A stretch of DNA of 64,000 nt, from assembly GCA_038997165.1 (NCBI GenBank), contig JAWBAK010000001.1:485320-549319 (forward strand). The letters are read 5' to 3'. The translations under genes were made by a program, and so were the position numbers. Below are positions 21,603-31,122 of this stretch, piece by piece (position 1 is the first letter of the stretch; each line of letters begins with the position of its first letter). Source of the stretch: Candidatus Aenigmatarchaeota archaeon. Its GTDB lineage: Archaea > Aenigmatarchaeota > Aenigmatarchaeia > CG10238-14 > SpSt-28. The notes beneath the pieces are model-generated. The model had not been told where the DNA came from and did no database searches. It saw only the letters and a list, made by a program, of their open reading frames with translations.

Positions 21603-22286
21603 TTAAATTTTATGTAAATAAGAAATGCCCAAAATTCCAAAAAAATTACAAAAATATGAAATAAGAATAAAAGATTTAGTTTCTTGGTTTGTTAATCCAA
21701 GAAGAGCAACTCCAAATTCATCTGGCAGAGGCGATGCTATAATTATTATTGCCAAAATTTTTATTAAAAAATTATAAATTTTTGATGAATAAACTTTATT
21801 CATCATTAATTTAAATCTGAAAGAAAAAATTAAATTAGAAAATGGAAATATTCTATAGAAAATTGAATCTTTAAAATAAAATTTGTTATTTATATCTTCC
21901 CAAATCAATTTTATTTCTTCTTTTAAATTAACTTTTACAAATCTAAAAATCAAATAATCTCCAATAACACTTCCTAAAGCTCCTATACTTGCTATGATAA
22001 ATGGATTTAGCACTTTTCCAAAAGAGTAAAAAATGGCAATTGATGGAGCTACAGATAAACTAAATGCATAAAAAATTCCACAAATAAAAATTCCTAAATA
22101 ACTTAAATTTCCTACTTCTTTTGCAAAATTATCAATTACTTTGCTTTTGATCAAAAAGATTCCAAAAATTATGCTTATTAATAAAAGGGTTAGATTTTTA
22201 TATCTCCACTCTAGTTTTTTAAGTTTTCTAATAACTTTTTCAATAGATTTCTCTCTTTTTCTATCAATAAAAGAATATTTTTTCAT
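21603..22286 (-). CDS. Multi-pass membrane protein (DedA/VTT-like)
   Basis: GALGSVIGDYLIFRF and ASPLPDEFG motifs; several TM helices. Confidence 0.6.
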   Translation of the reverse strand: MKKYSFIDRKREKSIEKVIRKLKKLEWRYKNLTLLLISIIFGIFLIKSKVIDNFAKEVGNLSYLGIFICGIFYAFSLSVAPSIAIFYSFGKVLNPFIIASIGALGSVIGDYLIFRFVKVNLKEEIKLIWEDINNKFYFKDSIFYRIFPFSNLIFSFRFKLMMNKVYSSKIYNFLIKILAIIIIASPLPDEFGVALLGLTNQETKSFILISYFCNFFGILGISYLHKI

Positions 22287-22294
22287 GAAATTTA

Positions 22295-23014
22295 TTAATC
22301 TTTTACAGTATAATATAATCTTTTTCTATCTTTTCCTCTATTTTCAATTTTTAGAATTTCTATTCTTCCAATTTCTTTAGTATTTTTTACATGTGGTCCA
22401 CCATCTGCTTGTATATCTATATTTGGGATTTCAACAATTCTTATTTTTTCAATATTTGGTAAACTTCTATTAGCTAGTTTAACAATTCCAGGAATTTTTA
22501 ATGCCTCTTCTCTAGGTAACCAATAAATTTTTATTTCAATTCCTTTTTTAATTATTTCATTAGCTTCATTTATAATTTCTTCAAAAATTTTTTTAACTTT
22601 ATTCATGTCTCCTTCTATTGAATAATCATCTTTTGCATATTCATAATTAATATCACCACCAGTAACTAAAGCTTTATATTTTTCATATAATAATGCAGAA
22701 ATTATATGAGCTGAAGTATGTAATTTCATTTTTCTATATCTTTTTTCCCAATCAATTTCACCTTTTATTATATCGTTAACTTTAAAACTTGGAATTCTAT
22801 TCAAAATATGAATTGTTTCATTATCTTTTTTAGAAGCAGTTACTTCATATTTTTCATTATTAAAATAAATAAATCCGCTATCAGCTTGTATTCCACCACT
22901 TCCATTATGAAAAGCGGTTTGATCCAAAATTATTTCATTATTATTTATTTCTAAAACTTTTGCTTCAAATTCTTTAATATAGCTATCTTCTTGATATAAA
23001 AGTTTTGTTCTCAT
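22295..23014 (-). CDS. alaXM: Alanyl-tRNA editing protein AlaX-M
   Basis: LDQTAF..GG..D.G, HTSAH, QADGGPHV. Confidence 0.93.
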   Translation of the reverse strand: MRTKLLYQEDSYIKEFEAKVLEINNNEIILDQTAFHNGSGGIQADSGFIYFNNEKYEVTASKKDNETIHILNRIPSFKVNDIIKGEIDWEKRYRKMKLHTSAHIISALLYEKYKALVTGGDINYEYAKDDYSIEGDMNKVKKIFEEIINEANEIIKKGIEIKIYWLPREEALKIPGIVKLANRSLPNIEKIRIVEIPNIDIQADGGPHVKNTKEIGRIEILKIENRGKDRKRLYYTVKD

Positions 23015-23066
23015 AAATAATTGGATATGATATATATTTTTAAGTTAAGATAAAAAATAATATTAA

Positions 23067-23975
23067 ATGTTTATGGATAAAATAAGTATTAATTATCGAT
23101 ATTTTGCATTTTTTTTCCTTTTTTTAGTTGCTTATTTAGTTTTTTTCCATTTTTTAAAAATTGTTTTAGAAGAATTTTTTCCAAATTTAAAAACAAACAT
23201 TTTAGATATAATAAATTTAATTTTCATTATAATAATTGCTTATTCTATTCCAAATATTATAACTATAAAAAATGGAGAAGTTAAAATTAAAAGTGAAGTT
23301 AATAAGCTAAGAAATTTAATAAGAATTTTATTTTTTATTCTTGTAGCAATTTATTTAGTAACTTTAATAATAAGAGATCCTGTATTTGGAGTTGCAAGCG
23401 GAACTATAATTGGTTTAGTTTTTGGTTTGGCTTTGCAACCAATTTTATCAAATTTATTTAGCGGCTTAATAATTCTTTCAACAGGTTTTATAAGAGTTGG
23501 AAATAAAATAAGAATAATGTCACCTCAAATTCCATATGCAGCTGCAGTAGCTACATATAAATTTTTTTCAGATGATGCAATACCAATAGGATATAAAGGA
23601 ATTGTTGAAGAAATTAGTATCTTTTATACTTCAATAAGATTAGAAAGTGGAGTAAGATTAAAAGTTCCGAATTCTGTTGTTTTATCAAGCGGTATTATAG
23701 AAAAATTAGAAGAAGAAGAAGTTAGACTAATAAAAGTTAGGTTTGAATTTCCAATAAGAAAAATAAATGAAGATGAAATTTTAGAAACAATAAAAGAAAG
23801 GATTGAAAAAATTGAAGGTGTTAAAAGAGTTGCTGTTATGTTTTCAGAGCAATCGGATAAAGAGCATGTAATCATAGAATTAAAAATTGATATAAAACAT
23901 AGAGAACATAAAGTAGTTAAATCTCAAATAATTAAAGAACTAATTAAGATTTGGAAAGAAGTTCAAAAAAACTAA
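23067..23975 (+). CDS. mscS: Small-conductance mechanosensitive channel
   Basis: GLALQPILSNLFSG, GIVEEI..FYT, VPNS. Confidence 0.9.
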   Translation: MFMDKISINYRYFAFFFLFLVAYLVFFHFLKIVLEEFFPNLKTNILDIINLIFIIIIAYSIPNIITIKNGEVKIKSEVNKLRNLIRILFFILVAIYLVTLIIRDPVFGVASGTIIGLVFGLALQPILSNLFSGLIILSTGFIRVGNKIRIMSPQIPYAAAVATYKFFSDDAIPIGYKGIVEEISIFYTSIRLESGVRLKVPNSVVLSSGIIEKLEEEEVRLIKVRFEFPIRKINEDEILETIKERIEKIEGVKRVAVMFSEQSDKEHVIIELKIDIKHREHKVVKSQIIKELIKIWKEVQKN

Positions 23976-24058
23976 TAATGCCTAATATTTTAATTTTTTT
24001 AATCTAAATCTTAAAGTAAAGATTAAAGATGTATGTATGGGCTTTATAAAAACTAGAA

Positions 24059-24151
24059 AGCCCCGGGAGGGATTTGAACCCTCGACCTCCTGCTTTCTTT
24101 AGCAGGTAGCGCCATACAAGGCAGGCGCTCTACCTGCTGAGCTACCGGGGC
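24059..24151 (-). tRNA. tRNA-Thr(TGT) with 20-nt intron at 37/38 (24095-24114)
   Basis: Reverse-complement cloverleaf GCCCCGG...CCTGC-CT TGT A[intron]A-GCAGG; relaxed BHB. Confidence 0.9.
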
Positions 24152-24161
24152 TTAAACCTTT

Positions 24162-24244
24162 CGCCGGGGGTGGGATTTGAACCCACGCGGGCACAAGCCC
24201 ACCGACTTAGCAGGTCGGCGCCTTAGCCACTTGGCTACCCCGGC
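24162..24244 (-). tRNA. tRNA-Ser(GCT)
   Basis: ccgac-ct GCT aa-gtcgg arm; long variable arm. Confidence 0.95.
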
Positions 24245-24283
24245 ATAAGTTAAAATATAATTATTATTAATTAAAATAAAAAA

Positions 24284-24826
24284 TTATTCTATACAACAAT
24301 CGACAAATTTTTTAACTAGGTTTTTAAATTTATCAAAAAATTTTTCTTTTGATTTTATTTCTTCTTTTATTTCTTTATCTTTTTCTATTTCCTCTTTTAC
24401 TTTATCTAAATTGTACATTCCCAAATTTAATGCCCAAAACATAGTATAAGTTTTATAAGCTTTTCCAAAATATTCATGAGCTTTTTCTTTATTATTGCCT
24501 AATAATTTTGTAGCAACTTCATTTAATCGCATCGTAGCAGCTAACAAATGTTTAGAAATACACCAAACTTCGGCACCTTCTTCAACATTTTTAACTATTT
24601 CTTTCATTAATTCTTTTCTTAATTCTCTTACTTCATTTAATATTTCAAAATATTTTTTATTTCCAGTTTTTACTCCAGACATAAACAAATGCTCTTCTAT
24701 AGAAATTAAATTCATTATTGCAAAAGATAAATCTTCATCTTTCGAAATATCTAACTTAACATTTTCATCTTTTAGTTTTTCTAGAATTTCATTATATTTT
24801 TTTTGTAGTTCTTCTCTTTTTTTCAT
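24284..24826 (-). CDS. Hypothetical helical protein
   Basis: EDLSFAIMNLISIEEH, WCISKHLL, C-terminal DCCIE. Confidence 0.75.
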   Translation of the reverse strand: MKKREELQKKYNEILEKLKDENVKLDISKDEDLSFAIMNLISIEEHLFMSGVKTGNKKYFEILNEVRELRKELMKEIVKNVEEGAEVWCISKHLLAATMRLNEVATKLLGNNKEKAHEYFGKAYKTYTMFWALNLGMYNLDKVKEEIEKDKEIKEEIKSKEKFFDKFKNLVKKFVDCCIE

Positions 24827-25272
24827 ATTAATATTTTTTGTGGCATATAAATTAATAAACTTATTATTAGTAAAAAGGCTATTGGAATTATAACTTTTTG
24901 AAATTTAAAATAAACTTTACCATTATTTTTCCTTAGCAAATAATTATTGAAAAGTTCAGAAGAAATAATAGTAATCATTCCAAAAAAACTTCCTAATAAA
25001 AATTCGTCAAAAATCCAAAATTTCGGATAATAAATAATATAATTAAAATAATATAAGGGAAAATAGCTTAAAAAGAAAAACAAAAATAAAAATAAGGGTT
25101 TTCTGAATAAAAATTTTATTCTTTTATTATCTAACCATTTAATAAAGATTAAAAATAAAATAAAAATAAACGCTCCACTCCATAAACCTACTATTAAATC
25201 ACTTACTCCCAAATATCTAGATAGAATACTTCCACCCAACATAATTGGTGGACAAATTACTGGACAAACCAT
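24823..25272 (-). CDS. Hypothetical membrane protein with N-terminal CPxxC
   Basis: MVCPVIC, SRYLGVSD, KVYFKFQKV; overlaps the downstream gene. Confidence 0.75.
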   Translation of the reverse strand: MVCPVICPPIMLGGSILSRYLGVSDLIVGLWSGAFIFILFLIFIKWLDNKRIKFLFRKPLFLFLFFFLSYFPLYYFNYIIYYPKFWIFDEFLLGSFFGMITIISSELFNNYLLRKNNGKVYFKFQKVIIPIAFLLIISLLIYMPQKILI

Positions 25273-25305
25273 TATTAATAAATTTTTTAATTTTTAAAAA
25301 AGATT

Positions 25306-25376
25306 TGCGCCGGCCGGGATTCGAACCCGGGCTACCGGCTTGGCAAGCCGGTGTCCTACCTCTAGACTACCGGCGC
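25306..25376 (-). tRNA. tRNA-Gly(GCC)
   Basis: ccggc-tt GCC aa-gccgg arm; GCGCCGG acceptor. Confidence 0.95.
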
Positions 25377-25400
25377 ATAAAAAATTAAAAAAAATAAATT

Positions 25401-27599
25401 TTAAGCTTCGATTTCTGGCTTTGGAATTTCCTCTTTTAAACCTTTTCTTTTTCTAATTGATAAAACTGTTTTTTCAAATAATTCTTGAGGCAATTCTTCA
25501 TATGTAACTTCTAATATACTATAAAATGCTCTTCCACTTGTCACACTCTTTAATGCAGCATCCAATCCAAACGATTCACTAACAGGTATTTTTGCGATTA
25601 TTATACCAGCACCGCTTTCTTCTTTTATATCTAAAATTTGAGATCTTCTCTTCTGTAATTCATTTATAACATCGCCAACTAATTCATAGGGAACATCTAT
25701 TCTAATTATTTGCTTGGGTTCATAAAGAGTTGTATTAGCTAATAACATAGCTTGTCTTATTCCCCATTTAAATGCTGGAATTATTTGTGCAGGACCTCTA
25801 TGAACAGGATCTTCATGTAATTCAGCATCAACTATTTTAACTTTTAATTTCATGCATGGTTCTCTAGCTAGTGGTCCATCTTCCATAGCTTCTTCAAAAG
25901 CTCTTATTACCATTTCAATAACTTCATTCATAAATTGTACACCTTTTGTCAAATCAATCAATACATTTCTATTATGTATTGCAACAACGTTTTTTGCATC
26001 TTCTCTATCCATTCCTAATTTAATCAATTTTTCGATTAATTTTGGATCTTTTTTAGTTTTCAAATATGCATGTTCAGGTAATTCTCCACTAATAAATGCT
26101 TGATATACACTTTCTTCTAAAGGTTCTACTATTATATAAAATCTATTATGTTTATTTGGACTTTTTGCTTCTATAGGATTTGAATTTTTACCTTTAACAA
26201 CCTCTTTATAAACAACGATTGGATTTGAAACTACTATATCAAAACCAAGTTCTTTCAATTTTCTTTCTACCTTTGCTTCAATATGTAACTCTCCTAAACC
26301 ACTAACTAAGTATTCTCCTGTTTCTGTATTAATTTTTACTCTTAGTACGCTATCTTCTTTTGCAATTTTTTGTAATGCTTCAACTAACTTAGTTAAATCT
26401 TGTGGATTTTTAGGTTCAATTGCTTTTGTAACAACAGGTTCAAAAATATGTTTTATTTCTACAAAAGGAGTAATAATATCATCTGGCTCACAAATAGTTT
26501 CTCCAGTAAATGCTTCTGGAATTCCTACTATCGCTACAATATTTCCAGCTAGTACTTCATCTACAGGAATTCTTTGAATTCCTTTATAAATTGCGACTTG
26601 TTGGACTTTAGAAACTTTTTGATTGGAAACTAAGTAAATATCTTTTCCTTTGTAAATTTTTCCGCTAAAAATTCTTGCTGTTGCTACGAAACCAACATGT
26701 GGATCTGGAATAACTTTTGTAACAATAGCCGCTAGTTTTCCATTAGAATTTACTTCTAACATATCTTTTCCATATTGACTATTCAAATCTCCTGGCCAAA
26801 TTTTTTCTAATCTATATTTTATTGCTTCTTTTGGGCTAGGTAAATGTTTAATTATCATATCTAGAACAACTCTATGTAAAGGTGCTTTTTTAGCTAATTC
26901 TTCTTGCTCATCGTTTAATACCATGTTAATTATATCTTTGAATGTTATTCCTGTTTCTTGCATATATGGTAATGAAATTGCCCATCTTTGTTTTGCAGAA
27001 CCAAAAGCTACACTACCATTTTGAACATTTACGTACCAAGAATTTCTAAATTGTTCTTCTGCATATTTTTGTATTAATAAATTAACTTCTTTTATTAATC
27101 TTTCAAACCTCTCTAACATTTGTTGAGAAGTTAGTTTAACTTCCTTTATTAATCTATCAACTTTATTAATAAATAATACAGGTTTAACTCTTTCTCTTAA
27201 TGCTTGTCTAAATACTGTTTCTGTTTGAGGCATTATACCTTCTACAGCACAAATTAACACTATTGTACCATCTACAGCTCTCATAGCTCTAGTAACGTCG
27301 CCACCAAAATCAACATGACCAGGAGTATCTACTAAGTTAATTAAATAATCTTTTCCTTTATAGTTGTGAATCATAGAAACGTTTGCACCATAGATTGTTA
27401 GTTGTCTTTCTCTTTCTTGTTCATCAAACCAAGTATACATTATTTTACCCGCTAACTCCTCAGCTAGCATTCCTGCACCAGCCATTAAGTTATCAGTTAA
27501 AGTTGTTTTTCCATGGTGAACATGTGAAGAAGTAGCAACATTTCTAATTCTATCTGGATCTTTCATAACCTCTTTAATTCTTTCTATCATTTCAGCCAT
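25401..27599 (-). CDS. fusA: Elongation factor 2
   Basis: GKTT, DTPGHVDF, NKVD, HEDPVHRGPAQ diphthamide loop. Confidence 0.97.
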   Translation of the reverse strand: MAEMIERIKEVMKDPDRIRNVATSSHVHHGKTTLTDNLMAGAGMLAEELAGKIMYTWFDEQERERQLTIYGANVSMIHNYKGKDYLINLVDTPGHVDFGGDVTRAMRAVDGTIVLICAVEGIMPQTETVFRQALRERVKPVLFINKVDRLIKEVKLTSQQMLERFERLIKEVNLLIQKYAEEQFRNSWYVNVQNGSVAFGSAKQRWAISLPYMQETGITFKDIINMVLNDEQEELAKKAPLHRVVLDMIIKHLPSPKEAIKYRLEKIWPGDLNSQYGKDMLEVNSNGKLAAIVTKVIPDPHVGFVATARIFSGKIYKGKDIYLVSNQKVSKVQQVAIYKGIQRIPVDEVLAGNIVAIVGIPEAFTGETICEPDDIITPFVEIKHIFEPVVTKAIEPKNPQDLTKLVEALQKIAKEDSVLRVKINTETGEYLVSGLGELHIEAKVERKLKELGFDIVVSNPIVVYKEVVKGKNSNPIEAKSPNKHNRFYIIVEPLEESVYQAFISGELPEHAYLKTKKDPKLIEKLIKLGMDREDAKNVVAIHNRNVLIDLTKGVQFMNEVIEMVIRAFEEAMEDGPLAREPCMKLKVKIVDAELHEDPVHRGPAQIIPAFKWGIRQAMLLANTTLYEPKQIIRIDVPYELVGDVINELQKRRSQILDIKEESGAGIIIAKIPVSESFGLDAALKSVTSGRAFYSILEVTYEELPQELFEKTVLSIRKRKGLKEEIPKPEIEA

Positions 27600-27622
27600 A
27601 GTAATAAATTATTTAAAAAATA

Positions 27623-27814
27623 CTAATAAGATCTTTTTCTTTTTTTGTTTCCTATTTTTGTTTGCCAGCTATATTTTCTCCATTTAGAATCGGGATATCC
27701 ACAAAAAGCACACCTTTTTTTTCTTATATGATAAGAAAAATGGCCACATCTTCTACATCTTATATGCAAATCTTTTTTGGCTTTTAAACCTAGAGAGGGA
27801 GTACCTTTTGTCAT
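27623..27814 (-). CDS. rpl37e: 50S ribosomal protein L37e
   Basis: [20 protein letters not shown]. Confidence 0.95.
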   Translation of the reverse strand: MTKGTPSLGLKAKKDLHIRCRRCGHFSYHIRKKRCAFCGYPDSKWRKYSWQTKIGNKKRKRSY

Positions 27815-27823
27815 ATTAAATTA

Positions 27824-28045
27824 CTATGCTGTTATTATATAGCTGATAGAATCACCTCTTATTAATATCTCTTCAACTTTTTTTCTTTCGTTTTGATTAG
27901 ATATTTCTACATCATAAAGCCAAAGATTTAGATGTAAGTCAGCTGCTTTTAAGTTTCCTATTATCTCTTCTCCACTTTTAAGTTTTACTATTATTTTTTT
28001 TTCTTTTGCTTTCTCTAAAGCATCTAAAGGTCTATTATCTGCCAT
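27824..28045 (-). CDS. Sm-like archaeal protein (SmAP)
   Basis: RPLDAL, D.HLNL, IRGD; conserved Sm-L37e linkage. Confidence 0.92.
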   Translation of the reverse strand: MADNRPLDALEKAKEKKIIVKLKSGEEIIGNLKAADLHLNLWLYDVEISNQNERKKVEEILIRGDSISYIITA

Positions 28046-28113
28046 GTTTCAATAAATAAAAATTAAATTTAAATATTTAAATTTAAAATAAAGATAGAAA
28101 AACTCAAAATAAT

Positions 28114-29316
28114 ATGGAAGAAGAGAAAAAAATACAATTAAAAAAATTAATAAAAGAATTAGAAAGCTATAGAGGTAGAAAGACAGAATTAATAAGTTAT
28201 TATTTACCTCCTAATTATGATATAAATTCTGCAATAGCGCAAATTTCCGCTGAAATAGCTACGGCAAGAAATATTAAAAGTGATATAACTAGAAATAATG
28301 TAATAGATGCATTAGAAAGAGTAGCAAATGCTTTGAGAAATATAGGTAAAATTGGAAAAAACGGTTTAGTAGTTTTTAGTGGAAATGTTGGAAAAGGAAA
28401 AGATGAATTTAAAGTTTGGGTAATAGAACCACCAGAACCTTTAAATTTAAAAATATATAGATGTGATAATCAATTTTTAGTTGAACCTTTAAAAGAATTA
28501 TTAAAAGAAAAAGAAATTTTTGGATTAATTGTTTTAGATTCTAAAGAAGCTACTATCGGAATTCTTAGAGGTAAAAATATTGAAGTTATTTATAATGATG
28601 AGTCAAATGTACCATCTAAAACAGTTAAAGGTGGATGGAGTCAACAAAGATATAAAAGAATAAGGGAGCAGGCATTAGAGGAATGGCTTAAAAAAATTGG
28701 AGAAAAAGCTTCTCAAATATTTTTACAAAATGACGTAAAAGGTATTTTAGTTGGTGGTCCAGGACCGATAAAAGAGGAATTTGTAAAAAACGAATATTTA
28801 GATTATAGATTAAGAGATAAAATAATTGCAATAAAAGATGTTGGATATACAAATGAATATGGATTACAAGAATTAGTTAATAGAAGTGAAGAAGAGCTAA
28901 GTAAAACTGAAGTAATTAGAGAAAAAACTATTTTGAAAAAATTTTTTGAATCGATAAGTAAATTGCAAAATAATGTTGTTTATAATATTAAAGAGGTTTT
29001 AAAATATTTAGAAATTGGGGCTTTAGAGGAATTAATAATTTCTGAAGATTTTAATTTTGGAAAAATAAAATTATTTTGTAAAAATTGTGGAAATATAAGA
29101 GAAGAAGAAAATTTTTTAGATAAAATAGATAAAAAATGTAATGTTTGTGGAAGAGAAATGGAAATAGAAGAATTTAATAATTATTTTGATAAAATTTTAG
29201 AAATAGCAAAAAATTATAATACAAAAGTTTATATTGTATCTTCTCAAACTTCTGAGGGTCAACAATTTTTATCTTTTGGTGGAATAGGTGGATTTTCAAG
29301 ATTTAAATTAGAGTAA
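28114..29316 (+). CDS. prf1: Peptide chain release factor aRF1
   Basis: TELIS, NIKS, YRCDNQF, GGPG..K, FGGIGG; GGWSQ in place of GGQ. Confidence 0.93.
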   Translation: MEEEKKIQLKKLIKELESYRGRKTELISYYLPPNYDINSAIAQISAEIATARNIKSDITRNNVIDALERVANALRNIGKIGKNGLVVFSGNVGKGKDEFKVWVIEPPEPLNLKIYRCDNQFLVEPLKELLKEKEIFGLIVLDSKEATIGILRGKNIEVIYNDESNVPSKTVKGGWSQQRYKRIREQALEEWLKKIGEKASQIFLQNDVKGILVGGPGPIKEEFVKNEYLDYRLRDKIIAIKDVGYTNEYGLQELVNRSEEELSKTEVIREKTILKKFFESISKLQNNVVYNIKEVLKYLEIGALEELIISEDFNFGKIKLFCKNCGNIREEENFLDKIDKKCNVCGREMEIEEFNNYFDKILEIAKNYNTKVYIVSSQTSEGQQFLSFGGIGGFSRFKLE

Positions 29317-29364
29317 ATAGTTCGGAAGAAATAAAATATTAAAATCAATATTTATTAAATATTT

Positions 29365-31122
29365 ATGATAATAAATTATAAAATAGAGCTTTTTTTGATT
29401 TTTTTAACTATTTTATTTTTTTCTTTAATTTCTTTTAGTGGAACTCAAGATAATTGGAAATCTTGTTGTGAAAATAAAAATATTTGCGATTATATACCAG
29501 AAGAAAGTATTACATTTGAAGGAAAAACATATTATTGTTGTAATATATCAAATACTTATGAATGGAAAGAAGAAGGATGTGAAAAAGAAGAACCACAACC
29601 GCAACCAGACGATTTATGTTTAGTTGCTCAAAACATTTTTTCTTCAAGATGTCCTTCTTCTTCAGTAAGTATTAGTTTATCTTGTGAAAGTGGAAAAGTA
29701 TGTATTTATAAAATAGAAAATGCTTATGTTTGTGATAACACTAATAAATCAAGTAATGTTATTAATAGTGGATATTATTGCATTGATAAAAAAAATCCTT
29801 ACTTTGTTGAAATTTCTCATATTCCACAATTAATTGCAACTGCAGATAATACTTATGATCCATATCCAAATTATTTTGTAAATATGCAAGGAAATAGTGT
29901 TTCTTTAACTCCCGAAAAAATTGTTATAGACAAAGAAAATATCATTTTTAATTCAAAAAGTAGAGATGAATATAATGGTCAAGAAATAAGTGGTGTAAAG
30001 TCATCTTCACTAAGATTTACTAAATCTTCTGAAGCTATGAAATCAACTAGTTTTTCAGTATCTTCTTGTCCTAATGGTGCATCATATTCAATACCAGCAA
30101 CTCATACAGCGAGTTTCGGAGGATTGAATATTGGATGGGGAAGATTAGAAGCTTATATAGTTGATCAAGCTGGAAATTCTGCTTCTAATTCAAATTATCA
30201 AGTTTATATATTTTTAGGTGCAAGAGGAGATCAACAAAATCAAAGTGGAACTGATAAAATAGTTTTTCTTAAAACTTATTGGGATTCTAGCAATGAGATA
30301 AAGATAAGAACAAATAGTTTAGGTGGAAATTATGTTAAAAAAATAAATTGTTTTGGATATAATGATAAATGTATACAAGCAAGAGATATTGTAGGAAAAA
30401 CTGACGAGTTTACAGATTGTTTATGGGTGGGTCCTTCAAACGATCCAAAAAATGTTAGAATTTATAGTCTTAAAGAAATAGTAGATTTGGAATCAAATGT
30501 TAAGGTTAATCCACCATATTTCAAAGATTATGGAAATACAATTATAATTGCTTGGGAAGATATAAAATTAAATGATTTAAGAAAATTGGCAGTTTGCTCA
30601 AAAAACGATACAGGTATTTTAGTTGATTTACCATTTTTAGTTTCTAAAAATATAAAGGATGGATTCCAATTTTTGCCTTCTACTGAAAAAAGATTTAGTG
30701 TAATATGGGAAGTGGAATATGCTAGAGAGCAAAGAGATGTAAATATTGAATGTTATCTAAATCCTACTATAGATGGAAGAAGTGCTTGTACTATAAATGA
30801 CATATTGTTTGGAAATTGTAATTTGGAGTATGGACAAAAATGTAAGTGTGGAAATTCTTTTCCATGTACTCAAAATACTGCAAAAGAAACAATAAATAGT
30901 TGCTCTGTAGAAAATCCAAGATATTTTAGCGGAATAAATAGAATAATTTGTAAAATGTATGATCCAAGAGATAAAGGTATAAGAGTTGAAATTTGGTTTA
31001 ATCATGAATTTTATTTTATGAATGGAAAAATAATAAATAAAAAATCTTTAATATTTGAAGTTGTATATGATACAATAATTCAAAACTTAATAAAAAGTTT
31101 AAAATTATTTAGTTTAATATGA
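29365..31122 (+). CDS. Secreted Cys-rich hypothetical protein
   Basis: Signal peptide; many Cys; DQAGN Ig-like motif. Confidence 0.7.
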   Translation: MIINYKIELFLIFLTILFFSLISFSGTQDNWKSCCENKNICDYIPEESITFEGKTYYCCNISNTYEWKEEGCEKEEPQPQPDDLCLVAQNIFSSRCPSSSVSISLSCESGKVCIYKIENAYVCDNTNKSSNVINSGYYCIDKKNPYFVEISHIPQLIATADNTYDPYPNYFVNMQGNSVSLTPEKIVIDKENIIFNSKSRDEYNGQEISGVKSSSLRFTKSSEAMKSTSFSVSSCPNGASYSIPATHTASFGGLNIGWGRLEAYIVDQAGNSASNSNYQVYIFLGARGDQQNQSGTDKIVFLKTYWDSSNEIKIRTNSLGGNYVKKINCFGYNDKCIQARDIVGKTDEFTDCLWVGPSNDPKNVRIYSLKEIVDLESNVKVNPPYFKDYGNTIIIAWEDIKLNDLRKLAVCSKNDTGILVDLPFLVSKNIKDGFQFLPSTEKRFSVIWEVEYAREQRDVNIECYLNPTIDGRSACTINDILFGNCNLEYGQKCKCGNSFPCTQNTAKETINSCSVENPRYFSGINRIICKMYDPRDKGIRVEIWFNHEFYFMNGKIINKKSLIFEVVYDTIIQNLIKSLKLFSLI

